From the NCBI GenBank assembly GCA_965644295.1, contig CBFFRP010000209.1, forward strand, positions 82,036-146,035: a DNA stretch of 64,000 nt, given 5' to 3'. The DNA comes from Paraphysomonas bandaiensis. Lineage: Eukaryota > Protista > Chrysophyceae. Made by a program: the position numbers and the translations under genes. Numbering within the stretch: the stretch's first letter is position 1; each line of letters begins with the position of its first letter. Below are positions 48,778 through 62,039 of this stretch, piece after piece. Under the pieces are notes generated by a model. It was not told where the DNA came from. It saw only the letters and a list, made by a program, of their open reading frames with translations, and ran no database searches.

Positions 48778-50506
48778 TCAGGACACATTCGCAGACGCAT
48801 CACCATAGGTTTCTCTCAGTTTCTTTAGTCGGTCATTCTGTGCAGCACTTGATCTGGTGGAAGTTGTCATAGAGGAGTTGGCTTGCTTTTCCCTCTCTGA
48901 TTTGCTTCGGTCTCTATCTCTGTCACGACGGTCTCTTTCCCTGCTACGATCCCTCCTGTAGTCTCTGTCTCTATCTCTGCTGCGGTCTCTATATCTGCTC
49001 TCTCTCTCCCGATCTCTGTCTCTGCTGCGACTACGCCTGTCTCTCCCACGATCTCTGTCTCTGTCCCCGGCTGTGGACCTACTGGGACTCTTTTGTCTCA
49101 CAGTGTACCTGTCGAGCTGTAATGATAGAGAGCTCTTGTACGAAACCGGGCGACTACCATAATTCTTACCCACAGCAACCGACCCCTGTCGCTCTTGATC
49201 AAGTACTCGTTTAAGAAGATCCCCATCTTCTCCATTACCTCTGCCACGAGACCCTGAACGCGATCTGTCTCTGTCTTTGGACTCGTCATCCTGCAGCTTT
49301 ATGTCACCGAGGTCAACACTCTCAGTGTTGCCATATTCGGTGAATGTCACCCAATACCTGTGTCCCCCTCCACCTTCAGACTCGCCCTCACGATCACGCG
49401 AATCTATAACGGCCTCATACCAGGCCGGTTCGTTCTCTTCGTCGGCATATATAGCCATCACCTTGACACATATATCAGTACACGAAGTGATAACGCACCA
49501 CATCAACATACCTTCGCCCCTTTACAAAATTTCCCCCTATCTTCATCTCGTAAATTCGCCTCCCTCCTCTTCTGCTTCTCCCCTAGCATCAGCAGTAGTA
49601 CTTTGAACTTCCTCTCAGTCGGCACAGGAATCCTTGGTAGTTGGGTGTTATAGTAGTGCATGTCCGTTAGGAGCTTAATCAGATATTTTCCCATGGTCAT
49701 TGACACTGATCTGTCGCTCGACGGGCAAAATTCCTCATCGTCCTCTAGGTAAGGCTCGAACCATCCCCACAGGTCTTTCGGTGGACACGCATAGCGCAGA
49801 TACAGAAACCCTATGGCGCGCACATACGGACTGTCTCCAGTGTTGAGGAGACCCTTCATCTGCTTCTCAGTGAGGCGCATAAGAAAGAACTTAAGAAGTA
49901 GACAAAAAGCTGTCGAGGGCACTCGCGTCGTCCCAGTTTGCCATGGCTCTACGTGAGAGACACTCGTGTATATCTCGTCTAAACAACCATAAATCAGGGC
50001 GACTGGTTACATGCAATGGAAAGTGCAAATACGTCATAATACAGATGCGTACCTATGGTTTCATGGTAGGTGCGCAGTTGATACAGCGCCTTGAAGTAGT
50101 CGGACTCAAGAATGTTGTTGTAGAGAAGTGTGTTGATATTAAACGTTGAACTGTTTCCGTGAATAGGTAGAACGCCTTTCTTACTTGCTGGGTCTTCTTC
50201 CTGTGCAATATTGTCCATCGATTGTGCGGTAGGTGCGGTAGCATAAAATTGCTGGGTAGGGTAAGTTGATTGTTGAGTGTATTGAGGATAAACCATACCC
50301 GCGGCAGCAGGAACCATACCAGGATTCATACCATACATCTCCGGAGGATAGTACCCGTACCCCGCCTGGGCATGCATATGAGGATAGGCTGGCATCGCAG
50401 CTGGCATTGTAGTAGGCATTCCCGCAGGCACTCCCGCAACCGCAGGAACAGGTGGTATATTGACACTATTGTGTCCTTTCTCACGAGATAATGCAGATCG
50501 CGACAT
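48778..50506 (-). CDS. PRPF38B: Pre-mRNA splicing factor 38B-like with Tudor-like domain and RS/RD tail; exons 50506-50053, 49978-49512, 49461-48778
   Basis: NILESDYFKAL, HVEPW, PSTAFCLLLK, DSPYVRAIGFLYLRY, YYNTQLPRIP; WYEAVI...YWVTFTEYGNTESV (Tudor). Confidence 0.9.
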
Positions 50507-51107
50507 GGTTCAAACCCTGTTCAATGTCACCTAAATGCTAAACTCTACACCTGAAAAAAAGTGTCAAGTAACTATGTAATTTCTTTACAAAGTAACTAAA
50601 ATAAGAAAGATGATATGATTTACTCTACGTACAGTGTTAAGATGAAGGGTTCCACAGGAGATTTATTATAGAATGTAATCTGTATGTTATTATATATATA
50701 TATATATATGTATGTACACATATAGACTAAGAGGCGTGTAGGTGTATATGGAGTGGTGTGTGTACATATATGCATATAGGATGCCAACAGTCAATTCACA
50801 TACACAGCAACCAAAAGAATCCCATAAAGAACACAATAAAAAAATAATTCTCATATATATAAATGAAAGTCAAGGTATCTCTTTAAGATACGATATTTTT
50901 CAGTTTCTTATTATGATTTTGATGATGATGGTTAAATCGTTACACAGATATGATGGCCGTTTCATTTTTTTAGTATGATGAGGGTGGAGGGTCTCATCTC
51001 GACAATCAGTGTGGTATGCTTGGAGTTGGAAGTCAAAGCAATTGCCATTAAGAGGAGTAGGAATATATAGTTGAGGATATTGTGCATATATCCATAGAAT
51101 CCTCAAT

Positions 51108-53436
51108 ATGGCTGACCAATTGCCATTTATTAATGCTTCCCCAATTCGAGGGAACCATGGTAAGAAAACGAAAGCCAACAAGGGCAAAACAGTAGCTGAA
51201 CGAATAACATGGATGACACGCACAAGCGATGTGGTGGGTTCTTTCCACAACACTTCTGCTGAAGAAAGCACGACATTGATCAGAAGAAAGATTCAGGAGC
51301 GTTGCGGAAGCACACAGGAACTTATGGCAACGATACGCCGGCTGAAGACAGGTGACACAGGTCATGTGACACCTGGCGAATTCAGACTAACATTGATTAA
51401 ATTCGGAATCTCTATACCGCAAGCGCTAGTAGATACAATATTCAATTTATTTGATTCCGATAGAAGTGGGACAATTGATTTTGATGAGTTTGCGATGTGG
51501 ATTATGAATTCTGAGTTTCGCCCTGTAAAAAAAGAGAAGCCTGCCTTCGTCGAAAGGCCAGAAGAGGTTCTTCGCAAGAAACTCCGCGATTGTATGACCC
51601 AGTATCCTGAAGTGTTTGCTACGATGAAGAAAAAGATAAGCTTTCTGGATTTGTCAGCCGACATTGTCCGCAAAAATATGCCAATGACAGAAAAAGATGG
51701 GCGTGGGCTTTTTAAGATCCTTGATCCAAGCAATGTGGGTGTGATTGATTCCATCAAGCTCAAACGCTTTGCCTTTGACGGTATTACTGAAACTCCTCCT
51801 CCTTCTGCGAAACCATTTGTCAAACCTGACTTGAATGAAAGTGTGTTTAAAATTTGCGGTAGACATACGAATCTCTTGCTTGACTGTTTCTCGAATTACG
51901 ACCCAAACACAGCGATGGAGTTCGACGAATTTAAACGAGCTCTGCTGAGCAATAATCTTGGTTTGAACCAGAAGGACGCTTATAATCTCTTTTTGGCCCT
52001 TGATGGCAAGGATGGAAAATGTAACCTTCGGATATTGATCGATAATATCCAGCCTATGCCAGTAGACCCCGCTTGCCAACCTAGCGTTAAGGTAAGACCT
52101 CTCTCGAACGCATTCATGCTACCATTACAATTTTATCTGTAGCCAAAAAAACCATCGTACATTCCACAGAGCCGTGCTGATCGCCGTCTGCGCGACGCTA
52201 TTCGAAAGTGCTACAAACAGCTCAAACAAACATTTGAGATGGTTGATAAAGAGAATACGGGTTTTGTCAACCCGAATCTTTTTTGCCGTATTCTTAATGG
52301 TTTAGTGCTTCCGCTCAACTACGAAGACTTCCGATTTATGATGAGAAATGTGAGTGTTTGTGCAAGCGTTGTATATATGTTGTTTGATGTGGTATTGGTA
52401 GGTTCCTTCTGATGATGCAGGGAGCTACAATTATCGATATTTCCTTGCCCTCTATGACCCTAACAGTGCTCCTCATGAGCTTAGCGGTGTAGCATCAACT
52501 ACTCTACTTGCAGATCATACTTTTGGGGACTCTAAGCCAATGAATGGAAGTCATTCTCCGATTGTTAGATCTGATTCTCCAATGCAGAAGTCTGCCAGTG
52601 CCTCCGGTATGCTTGAAGGTCACAATAGTAATGGGGCAGAGCGGGCATCGGCCGAGCTGAAAAGAATGTGGCAATCTGCTCTACGGGCCTGTAAGGCTCA
52701 AGATAGCGACAAAAGTGGATTTGTATCGCGGTCCGTTTTCACTTCTGCCCTTGAGACCCATCTCGGCAAAGTTATGAACGCTGAGGCAATCAACTCGCTG
52801 GCTAACTCTTATGCAATGGGAGAGGATATCGACTATCATACATGCTTTCGCACTTGCCTGAACAATGTGATGAACAATGGGAATTTTATTACTTCTAAGA
52901 GTACCTTCCAGATGGCTCCTGTTACCAAGTCTCGTCCGGTTGGTGCGACACACCCCTGGGATTTTAAGTACTCTAAGCCCGTTCTGGATGCTAGCGTATC
53001 CGCTATTCAACCTAGTCAAAATAATTGCGAAAAGCCTCCGTACTGGAAACGGGCTTGTGTACAACCACGATCCAGACCGTCAACCTCAGCACAACCGATG
53101 TCTCTTGACTCCTCAGTTGGGTTTAACAAAACTGCTCCTGCGGCTTTATCTCTTGAGGGTTACGAGCCCAAAATAATTGCAGTTGCTCGAAAAGTTGCGG
53201 CACACCCTCAGTACTTCCAATTTAAAAATGAACTGAAACGTGCTCAACTGGTGAACCACCGAGGATGTGTGTCAGTAAGGAATTTTAATGCTATACTTGC
53301 GATGCACAACATAGAGCTGTCGAAACATGAACTCGGAGCAGTAATGCGAGTGTTTCGGTCGAAGGGAATGGCTGACACAATAACTTTCAAGGACTTCATA
53401 GATGTCTGCGCCGCGGCTCGAGCGCAGGAAGTGTAA
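51108..53436 (+). CDS. Multi-EF-hand protein (EFCAB6-like); exons 51108-52091, 52143-52349, 52402-53436 (741 aa)
   Basis: FDSDRSGTIDFDEF, DKENTGFV, DSDKSGFVS; two phase-0 introns join the ORFs. Confidence 0.85.
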
Positions 53437-54236
53437 TATCAATGTAATACAGAAGTTGGAATTGCGCAGTCTTAGATTGACTTTACTCGCGCTGGCTACC
53501 ACTATCTTGTGCTCTGTATGATTCAGCATTGTTAATACATGCAACTTCGAGTGAGTGTCGTTGATTATGAAATATGGTTTATGTGGATGATTGTATGCTT
53601 TCCAATCGAAGTGTAGATACTTCGCCCGTTATAATAATCATAATATAAGTATTAAACGTTTGCGTGATGTAGGAGTGTAGCTGACAGTTAAATGATTTAA
53701 TAGAATTACTCTGATAGCAAATTTTCTTCCATAGTTATCAATCTTAAATTATCTTTACTTTTACATGTATATAAACGTGATCGACACCCCGATTGACTTA
53801 TAGCAGAGACAAGTTAACTATATCATGCTTATCGCATAAGTTATCACCGTATGTGACCGTATATATTCTCTTGAGTTTAAGGGTTTTGATTTAGAACTAG
53901 TAGTAACAAATACAGTTGTTAAATGCTATAGTATACTACATGATGAGTCAATGGAGTGTATTAAGAACATTAGATAACAGAAATGTGGTGACTATACAGG
54001 GCCATTTCTATTCATTGAATCTTATACAGTCAATATCTTCGGAATCACACTAACAGTTTTACATAATAAAAAGTCAAGGATAGAACACTCAAGGAGAAAG
54101 TATGATGAGTTTTGCTGTTTGAGAGCAATTAAAGCTGTAGTTCTAAAGTACTTGAATTATGCCCGTTACTGGAAGAATACAGTAGTGATTACAAAACGGA
54201 AATATATTTGTCCCTACTAAATTTATCCGACGTTAC

Positions 54237-54725
54237 CCCTCAACAAAGTCGGACTCCCACCTCTTCGTGGGGATAAGTACGGGAAACTAACGTGAGCCGC
54301 ATATATAGTCAGCAGATAATTTTCTGCCCACTCATAGCCAAACACTTGTGCGGTACAAGAGACATTAATAAGTTTCACTTGTGTAAATATGTCTTTGAGC
54401 CCTGACGAAAACACAGGCATCCGGGACTGGGCCTACCAGAATGGTAACCAGGGTATTGGGCTACCTGCTGAAGTCAAGCATCCGGGCTAGTGCACCTTAA
54501 GAACTCAGCAGATGTCAGTTATATATCAACATTCTACTTATTTCTCACCGCGTTTGCTTTGAGTGATAGAGCGAAAGTGGGTGCATCTTGGTGCTTCAAG
54601 CAGCTTTGTAGCATTAACTAGAGTAGGATATCAGAGTTAAGCACTAGTTTGTTAAATGTTAAATTGCAATGCTAAAATAGTTCTGACTCTTAAATGCCTA
54701 TTACTAATAATTTGGCTTTTACTAC
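54237..54725 (+). mobile_element. SINE-like element, copy C (type-2 tail)
   Basis: Same head; near-TSD TATCCGACGTT (54224-54234) / TATTCGACGTT (54726-54736); inserted into a CCTACTAAATT-repeat region. Confidence 0.85.
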
Positions 54726-55050
54726 TATTCGACGTTCCTACTAAATTAAAAAGTATCATATGTTCCTACTAAATTGTGAACCTACGGAACTTTACAGACA
54801 TTCCTACAAAGCTAAAAATTTATCGATTCTACTAAATTTCAGTATGGCTCAACTGCCATTTTTAGTTCAGTACAAACAAATAGATAATTTAGTAGGTTTT
54901 TAAAATGACATCGTATTACATGAACTATTGAGATGATAAAAAAAGTAGTTAAAATGAAATATATAGACTCTATAAATTCGTAGTATGAAAATGATTGGTA
55001 TCTGAGATCTCACAGATTTGGCGAATGACAATAAGTTATAAAGGTCAGCT

Positions 55051-55384
55051 TATTAAGTCTAAACTATCCATTTTGATGGGTAAAAGAACTTGCCTCTCCT
55101 CTCTCCTCGTTCATATATAATAAAGAATTGATCTTTATAATAGTAAAACAATGTTGTGATTATTAGAGTGTAAGTAATGAACACGATAGAGTGAAAAATT
55201 ATGAATAACAATATAGAACGTACTATCATGCACAACGGAATAGTTAGAAGTGTAACTGATAATGACGACGTTATGATGACGATCACGTATCTTCGACAGA
55301 TACTCTCTCTAATTCAGTTCATGGTGTATTTCATTGAACATTATAACTCACAGATACAATCATGTATTAAGCTGAATCCTAATA
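55051..55384 (-). repeat. Probable 3' LTR of the copia element (334 bp, TATTA...TAATA termini)
   Basis: On the minus strand a polypurine tract GAGGGGGCG abuts TATTAGG at 55384; the region ends CTTAATA at 55051. Confidence 0.65.
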
Positions 55385-58236
55385 CGCCCCCTCAATGAAA
55401 TAATCAGTGAACCGTAGATAATAGAGAGAATATGAACTTATGCACACTGAGAATAAAAACCAGAGTAGCAGTCACTAGACAATAATAAGCGAACTGCAGA
55501 GATGCCATATTGTGAGACTATCCTTCTAGTCCAGCATCATGTATTGAATAAAAGTAAAAAAAAATGGTAAAAACTCCGTGTAACTCAAACTAGCCACCTA
55601 GGTCGCTTGTGGCTTGTTAATTGTGATTTAGGTGTCTCTGAGGTTGTTGATCGCTTCCTGTTGCTGCTGGATGGGATGTCGAACCCAGCTCCCCCCATCA
55701 ATGTAGTTCGCAATTGAAGAAAATTAGTTGCTCCTAGTGGTTTCGTGAGAAGATCGGCTAACATTGACGTGGTGGGAATATGGTCAACAGTCAATTGGTT
55801 TTCGGCAATATTTTCTCGAATGAAATGATACCGTATCGCAATATGTTTCGTACGACGATGATGAGTAGGATTGTAACATAATTGGACTGCCCCTTTATTA
55901 TCGCACCAAATAGTTGTTGAGAATGGAAGTTTGAAACCAATTTCGGATAATAAAGAGCGTAGCCATAATGCTTCCTGAGCTGCTGACGATAGAGCCATAT
56001 ACTCAGCTTCAGTAGATGACAATGCCACAGTTGTCTGTAATCGAGATTGCCATGATATAAGACAATTACCTATGAAGAATGTAAAAGCTGTAGTGGACCG
56101 TCGAGTGAGGTGACACCGTGCCCAATCGCTATCGCAGTATCCTGACAATGTTATGTGGGATCCAGAATATATCAATCCTTGCTTAGCAGTGCCTTTGAGA
56201 TACCTAAGAACATGTAGCGCAGCATTACAGGTAGTTAGATTAGGCATATCAGAGAATCTGGCAAGAGTATTGACTGCATAGGCGATATCCGGTCGAGTGC
56301 ATACAGCTAGATACATTAGTGAACCTATGAGTTCCTTGTAGGGGAAATTCTGAACATAACTTTGATTTGACTCTGAAAGATGATTGTATTCATGTAAATC
56401 ATAGTTGAAAGACAGTAACATAGGTGTTGACATGGGTTTACTGTTAGACATGTTGAATTTGTCCAGTAACTTTCTGACGTACTGCTCCTGACTGAGAGTC
56501 GTGATATTTTTGTCAAAATCTTGATGAATGGAGATGCCCAAGTAATAGTCTAGGAGTCCGAGATCCGTAATTTCGAACTTTTTGGATAAATGGTCTTTGA
56601 ATTGTTGGATATCAGTGTCGGATGTAGATGCTATAATAATATCATCCACATACATGGCTATTAGCATAATCCTGCCATTAATCTGCTTTTTGAATATACA
56701 CGGGTCAGATATTAGTCTGGTGAAACCCATATCTAGCATAAAATTTGTACAGCACTTATACCAGTTAAGACCTGCTTGCTTTAGACCGTAGATGCTTTTC
56801 ATCAGTTTGAGGACTTTTCCGTCAGGGACGTCCATGCCAGGAGGGGGATACATGTATATGTCCTCTTCGAGGTCAGCATTGATGTACGCAGTTGTGAAAT
56901 CGATTTGGTGCAATTTGAGTTTCATAATAGTCGAAAGGGCAATAATTGTACGTAGTGATGTAGCCTTTGCGACGGGGCTGTATGTATCATTGTAATCGAT
57001 GCCTTGGATTTGAGTAAAACCCTGTGCGACTAGTCGAGCCTTGAATTTGATATCATTCTGTTTTCTTTTTATTTTGAATATGAGTTTCCCCTTTATGGCT
57101 CTTGCTCCAGGTGGTAACGCAGTGTATCTCCAGCACCCTTTCCTCTGAAGAGTGGATATTTCTCTATTGATAGCATCGATCCACTGCTGTTTATATTTAC
57201 CTGAAATAGCATCTTGAACACTCTTTGGTGTATCGGTTAGCTCGTCAATGTCATCGCAATTACTGATAGCATGCATAACAATATCAATATTGTTTGTATG
57301 TAATTTTGATATACATTGTGTGTCATGTGCCATATGATTTACTACATGTTTAGCATTTACATCACATGTATATACACCATCACCTAGTTTGTGTATATTT
57401 ACAATTACCCGTTTCCTGGCCATTCTCCTGCTTCGGAGAACACTCTTTCTACCAGCTAAAAATTGTTGTTTTGCTGTAGCACGGACCTTACTTGGCCCTT
57501 CAGGTGTACCCTGATTTTCCCAATCTCCCGATGAATCAGCAGACTTGTTACCGCGTTTGGCCATACGCTGGTGCACACGATCCACTTGACCGTGTGGTGC
57601 CGGATTCGGCACTAGATTCCCATTGAATTGTTTCGGAGGGCGAGTCTTCGCTATCTTTGCATCGGAGTGGGTAGGTTCACACCGATGGCTGCTGATTCTC
57701 TCCTGCGCGGCATCATGATGTCTGAGATTCTCGCCACTCCCCCTGGAAGTAGCGGCTGGCGCTGGAGATCCAATAACTGTATCGGGGTCTTGATCTGATT
57801 TGCTGGATTTATGTATTGGGGTTTTCGATCGAGACGTAATACATTTGAGACCAACTGCTTTGAGTTCTATGTATTCTTCAGTGTACTTTTCGACGTCTGC
57901 AGCATGAATAGGGTCGTCGAGCTGGATGAGTCGTGTCTTGTCACCACTGTCGTCGACTAGACCACGATACGCTGCGATTAATCCTTTTCTGAGCTTTATT
58001 TGAGTCGTTACATATGTTAATCCATCGTCTGGATCTACATGAGCTAGACCTATGAGATATTTGAAACTTTCTACTGTCCTGGAGGTCTCATTCTCTCTGA
58101 AGATCTCATTTATCTCTTTAAAATATCTCTTATCCGCTGGTGGGACACATTCGTTGAAAAATACATGTCCTGATATAACAAAATCTCTTAATGCGGGAAC
58201 AAAGACTATATATCCAGGACCATCTATGCACAAACC
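55051..58236 (-). mobile_element. 5'-truncated Ty1/copia LTR retrotransposon (integrase C-terminus, RT, RNase H; ORF 58233-55585)
   Basis: FKARLVAQGFTQ, SIYGLKQAG, YVDD, TRPDIAYAV, YCDSDWA, SSTEAEY, KHIAIRYHF. Confidence 0.95.
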
Positions 58237-61200
58237 AGACTTGCGGGTTTGCTCCCAACAAAATGTACAATAAGGTGTGAGTAAACACTTATTATTACTG
58301 TTAAATCACCCAACACGGTCAACGATATCCGCTAGATAACGCCGCGCAGTATTCCCTCTAAGAATAAAGATCGCTGTTAAGACAGTGTCAAGTAACTTAA
58401 AACAATGACATGCAAGGAATAACATATAGAATGGTACGCATCTACAGAATGAACCAAGTTCATTTTATATCACACACACCACACCGCATGCATTCTTGCA
58501 TACACCGTGTATACCACACGTATTATGACAATAAAACAAAACTGAATAACAGCGTATGAAACTGAATAACTGCGCATAAAACTGAAACTACGCATAAAAC
58601 TGAAATAAAACCATAGTGATAAAACTGAAAAACAGCTAACTAAAATGAGTAACGTGATACCGTATTCGCTGATAGTCTACTGCTCTTATCATACTCCCTA
58701 AACTCATATAAAACTTATTGCATCTTTACTCTCTCCATATATTCCTCTTTAAGCCACACGCTTGCCATAATAGCCACCCACTATGCCTGCTTAGCAGCAT
58801 CACCATGCATAGCGTCTATAGTATGCTCTTGAATGGTCCTAACTCCTGCTCATCTCCACATCCAGAGCACCATCATGAAAATGCAGCTCACAGAGGTATT
58901 GGGCTGTGTACATCCATAGTTCTGCACTTAACTTGAGACATTTATGTTCAGGATGTACTAGCAACATCTGAAGATCCCTTCTTATGCTGTTCTGAGGATG
59001 ATGCAGAGAGAATTGTGTGTACATCACGTTGATGCTACCTAAGTCTCTCTCCATTGCCCTTATTGCTTCTACGTCGTAAAACAACAGGTGCAGTCGGCTG
59101 GCTTCACGTGTATTGCAAGTAGTAGAGATACTGGGTAACGTGTTTTGAGTGTCGTGATATTAATAACTGCCTAGAGTAGCCGCAAGTATGCACTTCAGTG
59201 TGAATGGCTTGTTGTAATTCCGTGACTCGTGGCTAGATGTTTGCACTTCCTTCGTAAATAATTATCTTGTACTGTTTGCTGTCCTTCTTCTGTTGTTGAC
59301 TCTCTTCTTGTTGTTGAATTCCCTATTTCACTACTACACTTGCTACTATATAAACCCCCAGGGTTACACTACCTTTTTCCCTCTCTTTTTTTTTTTTTTT
59401 CGATAATAATATATAACTCAGTATAAAACTAAGTCAAAATTAATGTTGATGGACTTGGGGAAAACGTAGCGCAAAGTCGGAATCTATCAGTACCATAGTT
59501 GTCGGATCGAAGTCGCGATGTACAAAACATTTCACATGGTAGTTATCAAATCTGTATGTGGCTTTGGTCATGGGATTCTTGACAGAAATTAGCTTCTTGC
59601 TGGTTTTATGATACCAGTGAGTGAGCATAAATTGCATCACATATGTAACAGTGGGCGAATCTGGTAGTTGTAGGGCATCATACCAGTCATCTCCGAATAC
59701 TCTGATATCTACATACACCTCGTCACCCGGTTGAACCGTAGTTATTGACTGCTTCCTCTTCTCACTGATATATTTGGCGGCCCCATCCGTGGTATAAATA
59801 AGATGATGTAGATAAGGCTTGCTGCTACAGAATTCCTCATAGGCTATGGAATCAAATAAATCCTGGCTGTAAGGTAGCTCTCTGATATCTCCATCCTTGA
59901 AACGTACTGTAAACAACATTGTTGAACGCCGTTCTCTGTCTCCAGTGTAATATAAAATAGTGTCGATCTCATGCTGATCATGATCTCGCATAGCCATTTT
60001 ATAGGCTTGTTCCCTGTCTCCGGGATATAATTTTACATCCCGTACATCTACTTTTGTTACAACTCCGGTCACCAAATGTTTGCAGTCAATATCATTCTTA
60101 TATTGCGATATAACCTGAAATGGTCCTAGGTATCTATGAGACATTTTAGGGTAAACCTTGGCCCCTTTGTCAAATAAAACAAAGTCGCCCGGCTGATACT
60201 GATTCTGTCGCTGAGGAGATATGCCTTTACTGAAACGTTTGGCCTTCAACTTATCTTGATATTCTCTCGAACTGCGTTGCAACAGAGCTAGATTATCATT
60301 GAGTTTATGTAGTCTAGCATGGGCTTTCTCTGGTACTTCATCCCTTCCCATATTGTTATACCTCTCACTCTCAGAACCAAATGTTAACTCAAAAGGCGAA
60401 TACCCCGTTTCAGATGATACTTCAGAATTCAATACATGTGCCACTGTAGGAATCCAGCTGGGGTCTTCAAATACATCTCGCTTCTCTTCTTTCTCGCTGT
60501 AATCGAATACTAATGCTCTTAAATGCCGCACTACCTCTCCTATGATCCTCTCGCATCCGTTGGCATGTCTATCCGCTATGCTGAATGTGTGTTTGACACC
60601 AATATATGAGCAAAGTTGGTCAAATAACTGGGATTTTAGATCAGGTCCTTGATCCGATATGATCACATCAGTATGACCAAATTGACTCCAATACTTCCAT
60701 ACAGTATTAGCAAGATTTATGGCAGTGACTCCCTTCACTGGTTCAAGGAAGACATGTTTTGTAAACAGGTTTACCACCACGTTAATATGCGTGTAGCCTT
60801 CTTTACCGTGGGGTGTAATTTCCACTGCATCGATACCGATGGCACTACGAGCTGAAGGTGGTTTTAAACTGCGAGGTATAGCTATCAAAGCTTCTTGCAT
60901 TCCGAGTCGTGTCTTAGCACAGTTGGGACATTTATTGATCATCTCGGTGACTTCTTCAAAAGATATCCTGTGTCCCGGGCATTTCTTATTCAATTTTACC
61001 CACGTGGCATAAGCTCCTTTGTGACCTTGTCTGGCATTATGAACTGCTTGAAAACATTCCTCTTTGGATAAATACAACGGTTCCAACTCTTCTTCCTTGT
61101 CATCCGGATCCATAAAATTGTTAAGATAGATGTCTAAGTTGCCAAACATAGTTTCATCAATGTATTCCTTAATGTCCATATCAGGAAATATACCAGCCAA

Positions 61201-62035
61201 ATGTTGCAACTTATGTGCTCTGGAGAGCCAATCTGCTAACCAATTTTGAGAACCTGGAATGTGCCGAATCATAAAGTTAAACGATTGCAGGTATATACGC
61301 CATCTCACAATTTTCGGTACTTCAGATGCCTCCATCCACACTAAATTGTTATGATCGGTCTCAATAATAAACTCCTTGCCCACTAAATAATATGCGAGGT
61401 TTCTGACAGCATAATAGGTACCGTAGCCTTCCTGCTCTATCGTAGCCCATCGTTTTGCTTGCGTTGAGAATTTTTTCGATATAAATGCTATTGGTTGTAA
61501 CTGAACAGTACCATCCTCTAAAATTTTCTTCTGTAATAATACTGCTCCTACTCCTAGCTCGCTAGCATCAGTTCTTAGGATCCATTCTAACGAATAGTCG
61601 GGATAAAATAACTCACAGGCCTCTTGTAGACCCTTTATGAATCTTCGATACTCCTCTTCGTAATCATGCTTCCATGTAGATTTATCCCAGTTGAAAGTTT
61701 TCTTGGTCATGTCCGGAAGATGACCTACCAAGTCAGAATATCTAGGTGTGAACCCTGAGAAGAAAACTCCTTTTCCTAGTAAGCTTCTGGCCGTCTTAGT
61801 ACTCGTAGGCATTGGAATGTTAGCCAAAGCTTCCTTCTTATCAGGACTGACCTCATACGATTTGTGTCTGCACACGTAGCCAAAGAAATTCACTTCCCGG
61901 AATCCCAGCCAACTCTTAGGCATCTTGAGTTTTTCATTACGTTCAATACACCGGTCAATTATCATTTCAAACTTTTTGTATGCATCAGCGGGGTCTTCAG
62001 CTAAGATCAACATGTTGTCAAACATGACTATATAT
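58237..62035 (-). mobile_element. 5'-truncated Ty3/gypsy element (partial RT, RNase H, integrase, chromodomain-like; ORF 62025-59440) with PPT and 3' LTR starting TGTAACCC at 59368
   Basis: LRTDASELGVGAVL, TDHNNL, HH-CC integrase zinc finger, SDQG...CERIIGE, YLGPF; PPT AAGAGAGGGAAAAAGGTAG; left LTR end not resolved. Confidence 0.92.
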
Positions 62036-62039
62036 ATGT

